64,000 bases of DNA from Candidatus Hermodarchaeota archaeon (lineage in GTDB: Archaea; Asgardarchaeota; Lokiarchaeia; Sigyniarchaeales; SOKP01): NCBI GenBank assembly GCA_048885925.1, contig JBHLLG010000003.1:47323-111322 (forward strand), read 5' to 3'. Position 1 is the stretch's first letter; every line of letters starts with the position of its first letter. Shown piece after piece: positions 1 through 10,395 of this stretch. A model generated the notes under the pieces. It was not told where the DNA came from and ran no database searches. It worked only from the letters and a program-made list of their open reading frames with translations. A program made the translations under genes and the position numbers.

Positions 1-942
1 CTCTTTTATTACCCGTTCTTTGACTAAAAATTCAAGGATCTCTCTTAACTTTGCACCAGATATTTTAGATTTAATAACCAATTCACGAGTTTTAACTTTT
101 TCTTGGTTTTTAATGATGTCTAAAATGTTCTGAATAGGATCTGGATTAATCTCAATTGATTTAATACAAGTTTTTGCATCAAACATTTTTCTCACACTAA
201 TTGCCATATTCGGCATATAGAATCCGTTAAAATGAAAATATGAATCATCAATGAATAAAACCGAATTAAAGTAATAATCTATTAGAATTACTCCCTCATT
301 GACGATTAAATCATTGAATCTTACTAATCGACATGCTTTTTCATTTGTTTCAATGATTTCTACTTTAATATTTTTTAAAATATCTGTTATATATCCAAAA
401 TAGTTATCAATTGATTCAAAATCTAATTTTGAATAATAAAGTTTAATTTTAATTCCGTTCAAAAAAGCTCTGTTTAATCCTCGCTCTAACTTTTTCAAAA
501 GGGATGGTGGAAGAGAAGAAAGGATGATCTCACTTTCTGCTTTATCAATTAATTCATATATATATTCAAGACCAATATTTATATCAGAATGATGATAGAA
601 CGTGATATTTCGGGTACAAATCCCTTTTACACTTTCTAATGCTTGAATACCTTCCTCAAGTTTATGTATTCTTTCCAGAATAGTATTATTTTTCTTCTTT
701 AATATTTCTGTTAATATGATTTTTGGGTTACTTCTAAAATACATTTTTGGTTTTCCATCTGAAGCAGTTATGAATCCATTATTTTCTAGATATCTTAAAT
801 TATCCCTTACCACAGCATAGGAATAGTCTAAATCATTTTTGATTTGACCAATACTTCCAAAATGATTATTTAACAAATAATCATAAATTTTAATTTGTAT
901 ATCAGATAATCCAAATTCATTAAGAAAGTCTAAATTATGCAT
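1..942 (-). CDS. TrmB-family transcriptional regulator (3' end outside window)
   Basis: Translated by hand from ATG 942: MHNLDFLNEFGLSDIQIKIYDYLL...LRYLENNGFITASDGKPKMYFRSNP, a typical TrmB N-terminal wHTH. The frame appears open to the window edge. Not in the ORF track. Confidence 0.8.
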   Translation of the reverse strand, partial: MHNLDFLNEFGLSDIQIKIYDYLLNNHFGSIGQIKNDLDYSYAVVRDNLRYLENNGFITASDGKPKMYFRSNPKIILTEILKKKNNTILERIHKLEEGIQALESVKGICTRNITFYHHSDINIGLEYIYELIDKAESEIILSSLPPSLLKKLERGLNRAFLNGIKIKLYYSKLDFESIDNYFGYITDILKNIKVEIIETNEKACRLVRFNDLIVNEGVILIDYYFNSVLFIDDSYFHFNGFYMPNMAISVRKMFDAKTCIKSIEINPDPIQNILDIIKNQEKVKTRELVIKSKISGAKLREILEFLVKERVIKE

Positions 943-975
943 ATTTATTATTTCCTCTAATATTATATTAGAATG

Positions 976-1033
976 ATTTGTGACAGTTTATATTCGTATT
1001 GAAGGAAATCATCATTTATATAAACTCACAAAT
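976..1033. promoter_or_regulatory. Imperfect inverted repeat overlapping divergent TATA-like boxes; candidate TrmB operator
   Basis: ATTTGTGA(CA)GTTTATAT at 976-993 and ATATAAACTCACAAAT at 1018-1033, lying between two divergent genes. Confidence 0.5.
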
Positions 1034-1090
1034 AATTATAAATCGTAATGATTAATAAATTTAAATTAAATAAAAAATGGAGTGATTAAT

Positions 1091-1222
1091 ATGGCTCAAT
1101 GTAAAGACTGTAAATTTTATAAACCAATTGATGAAACCAAAGGAGATTGCTTTGGACATGAAGTTCCGGCAACTTTAAACGTGGAACAATGTCCTGCTAA
1201 TGCATTTCAACCTAGGGAATGA
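1091..1222 (+). CDS. 43 aa Cys-rich microprotein resembling the BssC/TutF-like small Fe-S/metal-binding subunits
   Basis: MAQCKDCKFYKPIDETKGDCFGHEVPATLNVEQCPANAFQPRE; RBS GGAGTGA at 1079-1085; pattern CxxCxF...GDC...C...F. Confidence 0.75.
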   Translation: MAQCKDCKFYKPIDETKGDCFGHEVPATLNVEQCPANAFQPRE

Positions 1223-1250
1223 ATTTAAACTTTTATTTTGGTGGTATAAA

Positions 1251-1874
1251 GTGCAAGCAAAAGTTGATTTTAAAAAATCAATGAATGATTTTTACCAACC
1301 CAATTCGAAAGAAGTAGTAGTCATTAATGTTCCAGAAATGCAATTCTTGATGATTGATGGAATTGGATCTCCTGGAGACTCTGAAGAATATTTAGACGCT
1401 CTTGCTGTACTATATCCTGTGGCTTTTAAAATAAAGTTTTTGAGCAAAACAAAAGGTAAAGATTATGTTGTTCCTCCATTGGAAGGTCTTTGGTGGGCTG
1501 ATAAAATGGAAGATTTTATAGAAGGAAATAGAGATAAATGGAAGTGGACAATGATGATTATGCAACCAGATTGGATTACTCTAGATATGATTAATGAAGC
1601 TATTGAAATTTCAAAAGAAAAAAAACCAGAGCTGAAAGATAAATTATCTAAACTTCGTCTTGAAAAATATAAAGAAGGAAAAGCTGCACAAATAATGCAT
1701 ATAGGTCCTTATTCTGAAGAAGGTCCAACGATTGAAAAAATACATAATTTTATCAAATATAATGGTGGAAGTTTTAACGGATGCAAACAAAAGCATCATG
1801 AAATATATTTAAGTGATCCAAGAAAAGCAAATCCAGCTACCATGAAAACGGTTATAAGGCAGCCCTTTATCTAA
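1251..1874 (+). CDS. GyrI-like small-molecule-binding domain protein
   Basis: PLEGLWW, HIGPYSEE and HHEIYLSDPR motifs. The likely start is GTG 1251, because the track start (1200) overlaps the upstream microprotein. Confidence 0.85.
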   Translation: MQAKVDFKKSMNDFYQPNSKEVVVINVPEMQFLMIDGIGSPGDSEEYLDALAVLYPVAFKIKFLSKTKGKDYVVPPLEGLWWADKMEDFIEGNRDKWKWTMMIMQPDWITLDMINEAIEISKEKKPELKDKLSKLRLEKYKEGKAAQIMHIGPYSEEGPTIEKIHNFIKYNGGSFNGCKQKHHEIYLSDPRKANPATMKTVIRQPFI

Positions 1875-1980
1875 ATGTTTTTCTAAATTTCATTTAAATA
1901 TAATGAGTGCTTTTTTTTATAAAATGGATTTTAGAATGTTAGCTAAACTTCTTTTATTTAATTATATTTAAATTAATATC

Positions 1981-4569
1981 ATGTTTATCTATTTAGAGAA
2001 TTTACACTTATCAGAAGATAAAGAAAAGGGTATATTTTTAATTCCTCAACCATACTATCTAAAAGTTAAAAATTTGAAAAAGTTGAAGATAACAGAACAA
2101 TCTCGACTATTTTCAGATATAAAAAAGGATTATTTATTTATAATTGAAGATTTTCAAAAAAAATTGGTAGATTTTGGATTAAAAAAAAAGTTAGAAATTC
2201 ATGATATTAACAATAGCAACAAATTTCCAAAAGTTAAATCAATTTTAAAAATTGGTAAAAATAGTTTTCCAGAAAACCTTTATGATAATATTGTAAAACA
2301 AAATAATTATATTGAACAGGGATATATTTTAGTTTCAGAAGATTCTTCAATAGTAATTGAAGCTTCTTCATTTCGAGGGTTATTTTATGGAATTCAAACA
2401 CTGATTCAATTGTTAAATTCAAGTAATAATAAGTTATCTATTAATGAATTGAGAATAATAGATTATCCTACATTAGAAATCAGAGGTGTATCAGACAATA
2501 TATCAAGGGGACAAGCACCTACCATTGAAAATTTAAAGAAATTTATCAAAGAATTGAGTCATTATAAAATAAATCAATATTATCTGGTGCATATACATGA
2601 CATATTTAATTTTTCTAATCATCCAGAAATTGGAAAAGAGAGAGGGGCATATTTAAAAGAAGAATTAGTAGAATTGCGAGATTTCGCAAAAAAATATTTT
2701 GTAGATTTAATTCCAATTTTTCAAACTATAGGCCATTGGGAGAATATTTTAATTAATCCTAAATACTGGGAAAATGGAGAATTCCCTGGTTCAAATAGTT
2801 TAAATATTGCTAATCAAAACATTTATATGCTTTTAGATGAAATGATTGGTGAATTAAGACAAGTTTTTAATTCCGATTATTTTCATATTGGAGCAGATGA
2901 AAGTTGGGATGTTGGAAAAGTAACATCAAAAAACTATGTAGAAAATATTGGTCTCGGAAAAGCTTATCTGAACCATTACAAACGCGTGTATCAAATTGTA
3001 AAAAAGCATGGGTTTAAGAAACTTATAATTTATCATGACATTCTCCATAATTATAAAGAAGTACTAGAAAATTTACCTAAAGATATAATAATAATGTACT
3101 GGAAGTATAGTGTACAAAAGAATCATCCTATTTTAAAGAAAATCAAAAGCTATGGCTTTCCATTAATTGTAAGTCCATCTATTATGGATTTTAATCGTAT
3201 TTTTCCCTCATTTGATAAATATGAAAAAAATATTGTTAATTTAATCAAATTTGGATATGAAAATGGAATTCTTGGAGAAATTACATCAAGTTGGGGAGAT
3301 TATAGAAATAGAGAGCTCAGAGAAAATCGAATTTATGGTTTTATCTTTTCTGCTATGATTGGATGGAATCCAATAAAAGAGGTTAACGTTTTATATTTTT
3401 GGAAGAGTTTATTTATACATTTCTTCGGAATAATAAATCCTAAATTAATTCAAATTTTTAGTACTCTTAGATCGATCCAAGATAAAAGATTATTGCATAT
3501 AAGATCTTCAGCTTACTATAATCATTTCTTTGCTCACCCATATTCTAATAATACCAAAAGGTATAGAAAAAATATAAGGACCTCTGGATTTGCTAAATTA
3601 ACACTAAGGTTAAATGAAATCATTAAAATTTGCAAAGAATTAGAAAATGAGGTAATTAGGAATAGAATAAATATAAGAAATCTTGCTTTTGTCGCAAAAC
3701 ATATTAACTTTTTCTGCAAAAAAAAATTAAACTCAAAATCTTTAGTACAAATTACGCTTATCAATGAAAAATATAGGAATCAAAAAATTCAGGAGATTAG
3801 AGATTTAATAGAAGAATTAATCCATCTATTAGATGAATATGAATTTCTATGGTTAAAGTGTGCAAAGAAAGAAGGTTTTAATGCAATAAAAAATCAATAT
3901 TGGTGGTTAATTAGGTTTTATAATGATAAAATTGAACAATTGCAAAATAATATAAGATGGGAAAACCCTAATATCCCTAGTGAGCTAATATATTTAGATA
4001 AGGAAGCCCTACATACTTACCATACAACTTTTTATAAAAAGGTAATAAACTTTGAAGGAGAAATAGAAAATGCATACTTACAGGTTATTGCGGGTACTTT
4101 TGCTAAAATTTTTATTAATGATTCGTATATAGGTTATACAATTACAAGACATTCACTTGAATTTAATATCTTAGAAAATAATATTCAAATTTTTAATATA
4201 AAAAAATATTTAAAACAAGAAGAAAATGTAATTAAGATTGAAAATAATGATTTTATTGGAGGGATAAGCCCCATAAGCGTTTATGGCGAAATAGATATAC
4301 TTCCTAAAAAGCAAATTCTAATAAAAACAGATAGAACATGGGAAGCAACAAGAGAATTTAATAAAAATTGGAGAAATGTTAAAAGTTTTGGAAGTCCTCC
4401 TAAAGCAACAGGAGGATTGTATTATCCTGACTTCAAAAATGCTCTACATTCGAAAGAAACTGATTTACTAGCATTCTTAAATACTATTATTAGTAGAAAA
4501 TCTACAAGATCTTTTTGGTTTTTAAAGTTAATATTCAAGCTTTTTTACCGACTTAATATTTTAGAATAA
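1981..4569 (+). CDS. GH20-family beta-N-acetylhexosaminidase-like glycoside hydrolase
   Basis: [23 protein letters not shown] and HIGADE (catalytic D-E pair); C-terminal beta-rich extension. Confidence 0.85.
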   Translation: MFIYLENLHLSEDKEKGIFLIPQPYYLKVKNLKKLKITEQSRLFSDIKKDYLFIIEDFQKKLVDFGLKKKLEIHDINNSNKFPKVKSILKIGKNSFPENLYDNIVKQNNYIEQGYILVSEDSSIVIEASSFRGLFYGIQTLIQLLNSSNNKLSINELRIIDYPTLEIRGVSDNISRGQAPTIENLKKFIKELSHYKINQYYLVHIHDIFNFSNHPEIGKERGAYLKEELVELRDFAKKYFVDLIPIFQTIGHWENILINPKYWENGEFPGSNSLNIANQNIYMLLDEMIGELRQVFNSDYFHIGADESWDVGKVTSKNYVENIGLGKAYLNHYKRVYQIVKKHGFKKLIIYHDILHNYKEVLENLPKDIIIMYWKYSVQKNHPILKKIKSYGFPLIVSPSIMDFNRIFPSFDKYEKNIVNLIKFGYENGILGEITSSWGDYRNRELRENRIYGFIFSAMIGWNPIKEVNVLYFWKSLFIHFFGIINPKLIQIFSTLRSIQDKRLLHIRSSAYYNHFFAHPYSNNTKRYRKNIRTSGFAKLTLRLNEIIKICKELENEVIRNRINIRNLAFVAKHINFFCKKKLNSKSLVQITLINEKYRNQKIQEIRDLIEELIHLLDEYEFLWLKCAKKEGFNAIKNQYWWLIRFYNDKIEQLQNNIRWENPNIPSELIYLDKEALHTYHTTFYKKVINFEGEIENAYLQVIAGTFAKIFINDSYIGYTITRHSLEFNILENNIQIFNIKKYLKQEENVIKIENNDFIGGISPISVYGEIDILPKKQILIKTDRTWEATREFNKNWRNVKSFGSPPKATGGLYYPDFKNALHSKETDLLAFLNTIISRKSTRSFWFLKLIFKLFYRLNILE

Positions 4570-4720
4570 ATACAATATTTTACTTTAGTTATTTCTATTT
4601 CAAGAGTTTTTTGGTTATTATCTTTTTAAAAGGATTTAACCCACTTAAGAATAACATTAAAATTTATATATTCTGACCTTATAGTTATTTTAATAAATTT
4701 GTAATTTACAGGTTTAGAAA

Positions 4721-5272
4721 ATGAGTAATGAAGAACTTAATCAAACTAAAAAAATAAACGTAAGAGATTGGATCGTACTTAGTACGGTTATGATTGGTGC
4801 GGTTCTCACGATCCTTGCTCTAATTTGGCAGGTTCCACCTCCTAATGGGATAGTTACCGCAACATTTTCACTAATGATATCTTTTATTTTTTTTGTTAAT
4901 TCTGTCTCTGCTAATTCTAAAGCTCAATTCGAAGCTAATCTAGGGAAAGTATCTGAAGAAAGAATTAACCGATTTGTAACTTTTGCAGAATATTCATTTG
5001 GATTTGGATTTACATTAGTCATCACTGGATTTACAATACTAGGTTATGAATATTTATTAGGTTATGTTGGTCGGGAATTAATTAGTCTATTGCTCCCAAT
5101 TACTTTTTTATTTACTGCGTGGGTAATTATCTTCATATATAATATAATAAACTATTTTGGGAAACCTCTAGGAGCCTTAAGAAACTTAAAACGTAACCTC
5201 TGGATATTTTTAGAACTAATCTGCCTGGTAATAATCATATTCGATTTTTTCGAGATATTATCTATTCCCTAA
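4721..5272 (+). CDS. Hypothetical integral membrane protein (~5 TM)
   Basis: Hydrophobic segments in a 183 aa ORF. Confidence 0.7.
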   Translation: MSNEELNQTKKINVRDWIVLSTVMIGAVLTILALIWQVPPPNGIVTATFSLMISFIFFVNSVSANSKAQFEANLGKVSEERINRFVTFAEYSFGFGFTLVITGFTILGYEYLLGYVGRELISLLLPITFLFTAWVIIFIYNIINYFGKPLGALRNLKRNLWIFLELICLVIIIFDFFEILSIP

Positions 5273-5284
5273 ATTTTTTTTTCT

Positions 5285-7693
5285 TTAAATGAAGCATGAT
5301 AAATCTGTTTGAAGCGATTTCTTATTATAATCTAAAGTTAATAATTCTTCAAGCTCAGGGAACTTAAAAGGAAAGATGTTTTCAAAAGCTCTTTTTAGAA
5401 GTTCAATGTACTTTCTTTTATCATACTGGTGCTTTTTTGGATTATACAAATCTGAAAGGATAACTTTCTTTTCAGGAAAATTCGGATCCGCATCAGCGTT
5501 AAGAATAATATATCTCACATTCTTTCCAGCAGACGCTACAATACCTGAGCGTTCTAACTGTCTTGCGGCTACAGCTTGATAAGAATTTACTTTGTATGCT
5601 GATGGCTTTCGGGATATTTTTTGACGGATAGAAAGTTCATCTCTGGATACTTTCCCCGAACAAATTCGTTCTACATATTCATAGAGCTTTTCCATTGCTT
5701 GTGGAATTCTTTCTATAAATTCATTGACGGTTTTTGCACCTTGAAAGACATCAATAAAGGCATATTGAGCATCTTTTACAATTTTGGGTATATCTCTGCG
5801 TCTCACTTCAATACCTCTCACCTTGACCTCGCCATTGCTTTTTATCCCCCAGTAATGACTAAGGGCTGGTACCTCTGGTTCTGCTCGAGAAGGCAAGAAA
5901 ACGATAACATTGAATCTTCCCTCCCAACTCATAGGAATACTTGTGCTTTTAGATATTTCTTCAGCAATTTTTCTTGTTAATTTCTCAAATTCTTCTGGAT
6001 TTCTTCCTTTTTTGTCTTGGATCCACATGGAATCAACAATTCCATGGACAATTTTACAATCATAATTTTTAGCAATCTCGACGGATCTCAATAAAAATTC
6101 ACGAGCGAAGGCACAAACTGTTTGATGAGCCTCAATTTTTCCAAAACGGGCGTTTTTAAATCCTAAATATCCAAAACTTACAACAAGTACCCATTTTAAT
6201 GCAATATCGGTAAATTTGTATCGAAGATCGTCATGAGTCTTATTATATGCTTTACACTCTAAACGCTTTCTTAATGGTAAACTAATTGATTTCGAAATAA
6301 TCCCCTCTCTTTTCGAACAAATATGAAAATCTAGACCAGGTACTTTAATCCCTGTACCATCATCTTTACAGCATTTGCAATTAATCGTTTCTGAAGAAAT
6401 ATTAAAGTTAGCCATTAGGGAGGGATACATTGAGGAAAAGTCTAACTCTATCACTTGATCAAAAACACCTATTAATGGTTCAAATATATGCCCACCTCGG
6501 TCATTTTTGATCAAATCCATTCCACTTCGAAAACCTTCTGGGCTCTTCTTGAAAGGTGGGATAAGGTGATTTAGTTTATAGGCATTATAGTATTGTATCG
6601 ATTGAAGAGCGCCCCCGATTGTTACTCTACATAATCTTTGCAATGGAACTCGAGATACTCTTGCAACCTCAATAACACCTGGTATATTTCCCTCGCTAAA
6701 GTGTAAGCTACCGTAAGTTGTTGTGTCTAAATGAAAGCGTCCTGTAAAATAAACTTGTGTTTTGGAACGTCGCATTATTATTCCGTAAGACATATAATGA
6801 TCAGAGTTTCCTGAAAGATTGAAGATACACTTTCCGAGTGGCGTTTTTGTGCGAGAAAAATAGAGATCGCTTGATACACGATTCACTGATGCTCGAGCTG
6901 CCAAGTAAGGAAACACAAATTCATCTCCTCCATGTGTTAAAATAATGTCTGGATCTAAACGCTCAATCACTTTACTAATTGATTTGATGGTTTCTGCTTC
7001 ATCAGCTTTGTCAATTAGAACTTTTCTTTTTCTCTGTCCATCAGCTCTCGGTATGTTGGCTTTTTCGTCTTTTTCAACAATACTAACTTCCGCACATATC
7101 AGCGGGTCGTTGAAATATGATCTCATTCCATGTTGCTGTATTTTAATATCCAGCCACACAGCTTTTAAAGGTGGTAACTCGTAAAACAATTCTTCGTTGT
7201 TGTCTTTTAGCTCTAATGAAATTAAACGCATTAATTGCCCGTCACCCTTTTTATTCTTTTCAGAATTAACCTTGAAACAACATAAAGACATTGGAAATAA
7301 ATCATTTACATAGAAATACATTTGCGAGATTGGAAGATCCGTATTATATAGAGTAAAAAGACCGATTTCATCTATTTCCTTAATTGTTTTCTTAAATACA
7401 GAAGGTTTTACTACAGAAACTCCTAATATTTTTACTTTTTCATGATCCTCTAACTTCACATATTTTTCACAGATTCGGACATCCTTTACATTGGGGTGTG
7501 ATTTGAGAATTTGTCTTAATCTCTTGAAATCGTTACCCGTATGTCTTTTTGGTACTGCAAAAAATTCTGGACAGAATTCATGAAAGATTTTTAAAACCTT
7601 TTGTTCCTTTAAAGTTTTTACCCAAAGGATAACTCCCTTATGATAAGTTGAAACATCTAAAAGCCAGCCATCAAATTGATCTTGATAATCCAA
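5285..7693 (-). CDS. polB2: Family B DNA polymerase, PolB2 (Dpo2-like) group, with degenerate 3'-5' exonuclease
   Basis: Motif A DFSSMYPS; motif B LKWVLVVSFGYLG; motif C HGIVDS (instead of YGDTDS); NCKCC...HIC insert; VRGIEVRRRD; exonuclease acidic residues lost; C-terminal QTDLSCFI. Confidence 0.9.
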   Translation of the reverse strand: MDYQDQFDGWLLDVSTYHKGVILWVKTLKEQKVLKIFHEFCPEFFAVPKRHTGNDFKRLRQILKSHPNVKDVRICEKYVKLEDHEKVKILGVSVVKPSVFKKTIKEIDEIGLFTLYNTDLPISQMYFYVNDLFPMSLCCFKVNSEKNKKGDGQLMRLISLELKDNNEELFYELPPLKAVWLDIKIQQHGMRSYFNDPLICAEVSIVEKDEKANIPRADGQRKRKVLIDKADEAETIKSISKVIERLDPDIILTHGGDEFVFPYLAARASVNRVSSDLYFSRTKTPLGKCIFNLSGNSDHYMSYGIIMRRSKTQVYFTGRFHLDTTTYGSLHFSEGNIPGVIEVARVSRVPLQRLCRVTIGGALQSIQYYNAYKLNHLIPPFKKSPEGFRSGMDLIKNDRGGHIFEPLIGVFDQVIELDFSSMYPSLMANFNISSETINCKCCKDDGTGIKVPGLDFHICSKREGIISKSISLPLRKRLECKAYNKTHDDLRYKFTDIALKWVLVVSFGYLGFKNARFGKIEAHQTVCAFAREFLLRSVEIAKNYDCKIVHGIVDSMWIQDKKGRNPEEFEKLTRKIAEEISKSTSIPMSWEGRFNVIVFLPSRAEPEVPALSHYWGIKSNGEVKVRGIEVRRRDIPKIVKDAQYAFIDVFQGAKTVNEFIERIPQAMEKLYEYVERICSGKVSRDELSIRQKISRKPSAYKVNSYQAVAARQLERSGIVASAGKNVRYIILNADADPNFPEKKVILSDLYNPKKHQYDKRKYIELLKRAFENIFPFKFPELEELLTLDYNKKSLQTDLSCFI

Positions 7694-7696
7694 TCT

Positions 7697-7978
7697 CTAA
7701 CCTTTTTCTTCTATCAATTCTTCTAACTTTTTTACCTTCTCCTCTAACTCCTCAATTCTTTTTTCTTGTTCAACTGCAAAGGAGATAAATAAGACTTCTG
7801 ACAGCACCGGACGGGCACTCATACTACCTGCATCAGCATGAATTCGAGCGAAGTTCATTAATTTATCAAAAATTTTCTGTTCTTCAGGGCGTAGAGCTCT
7901 TTTGAAGTCTTTCCAGCTTTCGATCTCATGCTCCAAGGCAGGTCGAAAAGAGGGTACCGTTCTTCCCATATCTTTCAC
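7697..7978 (-). CDS. Small helical PolB2-associated protein (arCOG07300-like)
   Basis: MGRTVPSFR...W..FKRALR.EEQ..FD.L signature; stop lies 3 nt from the polB2 start; alternative start ATG 7969. Confidence 0.85.
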   Translation of the reverse strand: MKDMGRTVPSFRPALEHEIESWKDFKRALRPEEQKIFDKLMNFARIHADAGSMSARPVLSEVLFISFAVEQEKRIEELEEKVKKLEELIEEKG

Positions 7979-8092
7979 TTTAATTTAAGGTAAAATCCAA
8001 AAAAGAGAGTATTGCAGTAAATTAAAAAAAAAATACAATACCAGTTTTCTGATTTTTAAATCTAATCATCGTTTAATAGATGATTTTAAAGA

Positions 8093-8233
8093 TTAATTTT
8101 CTTTTCCTTGGCATTCCGGACAAACAATCTCATCAAAATCTTCTAAATCACTTCTCCAGAAAAAAACTTTGCCTTTCCCTTTGCAAATTTTACATTTTTC
8201 CACATCTCCTTTTGGATATGCGAAATAGCTCAA
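8093..8233 (-). CDS. 46 aa zinc-finger microprotein (two CxxCxG motifs, DnaJ-type Zn knuckle)
   Basis: TTG start; SYFAYPKGDVEKCKICKGKGKVFFWRSDLEDFDEIVCPECQGKEN; RBS GAAGGTGA upstream. Not in the ORF track. Confidence 0.7.
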   Translation of the reverse strand: MSYFAYPKGDVEKCKICKGKGKVFFWRSDLEDFDEIVCPECQGKEN

Positions 8234-8302
8234 GTTTTAAATTCACCTTCTAAGGGTAATTATTGGAAAAGATTAATTCCAACAAAATATGGTTAATCTA
8301 CC

Positions 8303-8332
8303 TATTTAAATGTTTTCATAAAATATGAAACT
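8303..8332 (-). promoter_or_regulatory. BRE/TATA with upstream inverted repeat TTTCATA-AAA-TATGAAA containing AGTTTCAT
   Basis: The minus strand reads AGTTTCATATTTTATGAAAACATTTAAATA upstream of the Zn-finger/partner/polB2 genes. Confidence 0.5.
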
Positions 8333-8410
8333 TGGAAAAATAAATAGAAAGGTTAATAATATCTAAAAATAATACATTAATACTAAAAGAATGAAGAATA
8401 GAGAACAATT

Positions 8411-8821
8411 ATGAGTAAAGATTTGAAAAAATGGCATGCACCCTGTGGAATTTTCTGCAAAAGATGTCCGGGAGTAAAATCTTTTGGATGTAGGGGATGC
8501 AGAGAGCAAGAAGGTCAAATACGTAAGTTTCCAGTTTGTAAAACCTATAAATGTTGTATAAATAATAGATATGAATTTTGCTATGAATGTGAAGATTTTC
8601 CATGTGAAATGTTAGAACCTATTGTAAATTTTGAAATTTTCACACCACATAATTCCAAAGTATATAATTTGATTATGATAGAAAAGTTAGGGTTAGAAGA
8701 ATGGAATAAAATATGTGATGCCAAAACTAATCTTTACTATAATGGTCGCAAGATTCAATACGGTGGAGATCAATTAACTTTAGAAGAAAAAGATCCGAAT
8801 ATGTATAAAAAAAAGAATTAA
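8411..8821 (+). CDS. DUF3795-like Cys-rich protein
   Basis: APCGIFCKRC, CRGC, CC...FCYECEDFPC pattern. Confidence 0.8.
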   Translation: MSKDLKKWHAPCGIFCKRCPGVKSFGCRGCREQEGQIRKFPVCKTYKCCINNRYEFCYECEDFPCEMLEPIVNFEIFTPHNSKVYNLIMIEKLGLEEWNKICDAKTNLYYNGRKIQYGGDQLTLEEKDPNMYKKKN

Positions 8822-9147
8822 TAACTGAAATACTGAGTGAACGATAAATATTTTGATTTCTATACTTAAGATAGTTCTTTAAATTTAGGAATAAATTAGA
8901 AATTAAGTTAAGAATTTTTAAAAAATAAAGTCTATTTTAAAATTTCGTTATTTCTTTAGATTGGTTAGAACTTATCGAACAAAAATTCTTCTTAGTTCTT
9001 GTTATTATGCCCAAAGAATCCTTATGATAGTTGTTCTCTCACTCTTAAGGAAAAGATCCTAAATTTGTGCAAAAAAGAAGAAGATTAAGTGTATTATGTT
9101 CCTTTCAATAAAATTTTATATGGATAGATTTTCATATATAATATATT

Positions 9148-9885
9148 ATGGTAGCACCTATTACTTTTCTAAATTTTATAGGTATGGTCTTCGAGATCTT
9201 CATAATAATCATTGCTGCGGTTTTACTAATACTCATTCTAAAAAAATACTTAATTAAACGCCATAAACTTACTCGATTGCTTTTATTTATTTTTATAAAT
9301 TATTTTATTGCAATTGTTTTTTCTTGGATCTCAAAAGTTTTTGTAGTTTTTCAGATAAATATAACTCAAGATGGCTCTATAACTGCTTCGATATATAATT
9401 TAATATCAGATTTTAGATTAAGTGAATTTTTTGTTGTAATTGCCATCTTTCTATCGTATATATTAAAGGTAAATGTTTTTGAAAAGGGATATATTAAGTT
9501 ACAAAAATATATCGTGATAATTTATGGGATATTTAGTTGCGCTTACGTATTATTCATCTATGAAGACGGTAATACATTATTAGACATTATTGCCTTCTTG
9601 ATTGTCTTTATATACATGGTTATGGTATATGCCCCTTTTCTACGAAGATCAATAGAATCTTATCGTGCTGTGGAGGAGAAAACTTATAAACAAGCATTTT
9701 TATCCTTAGCAATCATGTCAGTCAGCTTTATGTTGATATTTCTTAATTTTGCTGTCGATCGATTATTAATCTTTTTAGGAAGCCTTGGATTTACCGTCTT
9801 TTATTTTCTAGCGTGGAGTTTTGCTATTGTAGGTATTTTTGGATCATACTATGGTTATGTTAGACCAAAGGCTAGTAAGGAGTAA
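9148..9885 (+). CDS. Seven-TM membrane protein, putative sensor
   Basis: Seven hydrophobic ~20 aa segments; no soluble output domain. Confidence 0.7.
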   Translation: MVAPITFLNFIGMVFEIFIIIIAAVLLILILKKYLIKRHKLTRLLLFIFINYFIAIVFSWISKVFVVFQINITQDGSITASIYNLISDFRLSEFFVVIAIFLSYILKVNVFEKGYIKLQKYIVIIYGIFSCAYVLFIYEDGNTLLDIIAFLIVFIYMVMVYAPFLRRSIESYRAVEEKTYKQAFLSLAIMSVSFMLIFLNFAVDRLLIFLGSLGFTVFYFLAWSFAIVGIFGSYYGYVRPKASKE

Positions 9886-9977
9886 TCATTAAATTTTTAA
9901 AAACTAAACATTAAATATTTTATAAATATTTTTATTTATTCACTAGAACATTAGAAATATGTTAAGCTGTGATTTAG

Positions 9978-10391
9978 ATGGAAAAGATAATACAAGATAT
10001 ATGGATACTAAATGATGCTGGTGCGGTTCTATTTAACCGTGTTTTTGAAAAAAAAATTGATGAACAATTAATTGGAGCTTTGATGTCAGCATTGAATCTA
10101 TTAGCAGAAGAATTAGAAAGAGGAGGCTTATCTAATTTTCAGCTTAAAGAAAAAAAATATTTTATTATGAAACAACATGGAATATCTTTTATAGTTAATT
10201 CCTCAAAAAAGACTAAAGAGAAAAAAGTTAATGAAGAATTGAAAAGTATAGTAAATAAGTTCTTCAATTTATATCCAAAAGAGATGCTTAATACTTGGGA
10301 CAATGATATAAGTATATTTTCTGATTTCGAAAAGCATATTGAAGATAGTTTACAAGATACTATAGATAAATTTGAAAAAGCTTTTTGGTAA
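9978..10391 (+). CDS. Longin-like domain protein
   Basis: IQDIWILNDAGAVLFNR N-terminal beta-hairpin, LIGALMSAL helix, C-terminal helix with F...Y; resembles Asgard longin/AP-sigma-like proteins. Confidence 0.7.
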   Translation: MEKIIQDIWILNDAGAVLFNRVFEKKIDEQLIGALMSALNLLAEELERGGLSNFQLKEKKYFIMKQHGISFIVNSSKKTKEKKVNEELKSIVNKFFNLYPKEMLNTWDNDISIFSDFEKHIEDSLQDTIDKFEKAFW

Positions 10392-10395
10392 TATT

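Noticed and set aside
8093-8233. Stand-alone CxxCxG protein as a trans-acting zinc finger for the finger-less DnaJ at 45.7 kb
   Set aside because: Class B DnaJ proteins work without a zinc finger, the genes are 37 kb apart, and such knuckles occur in many unrelated proteins.
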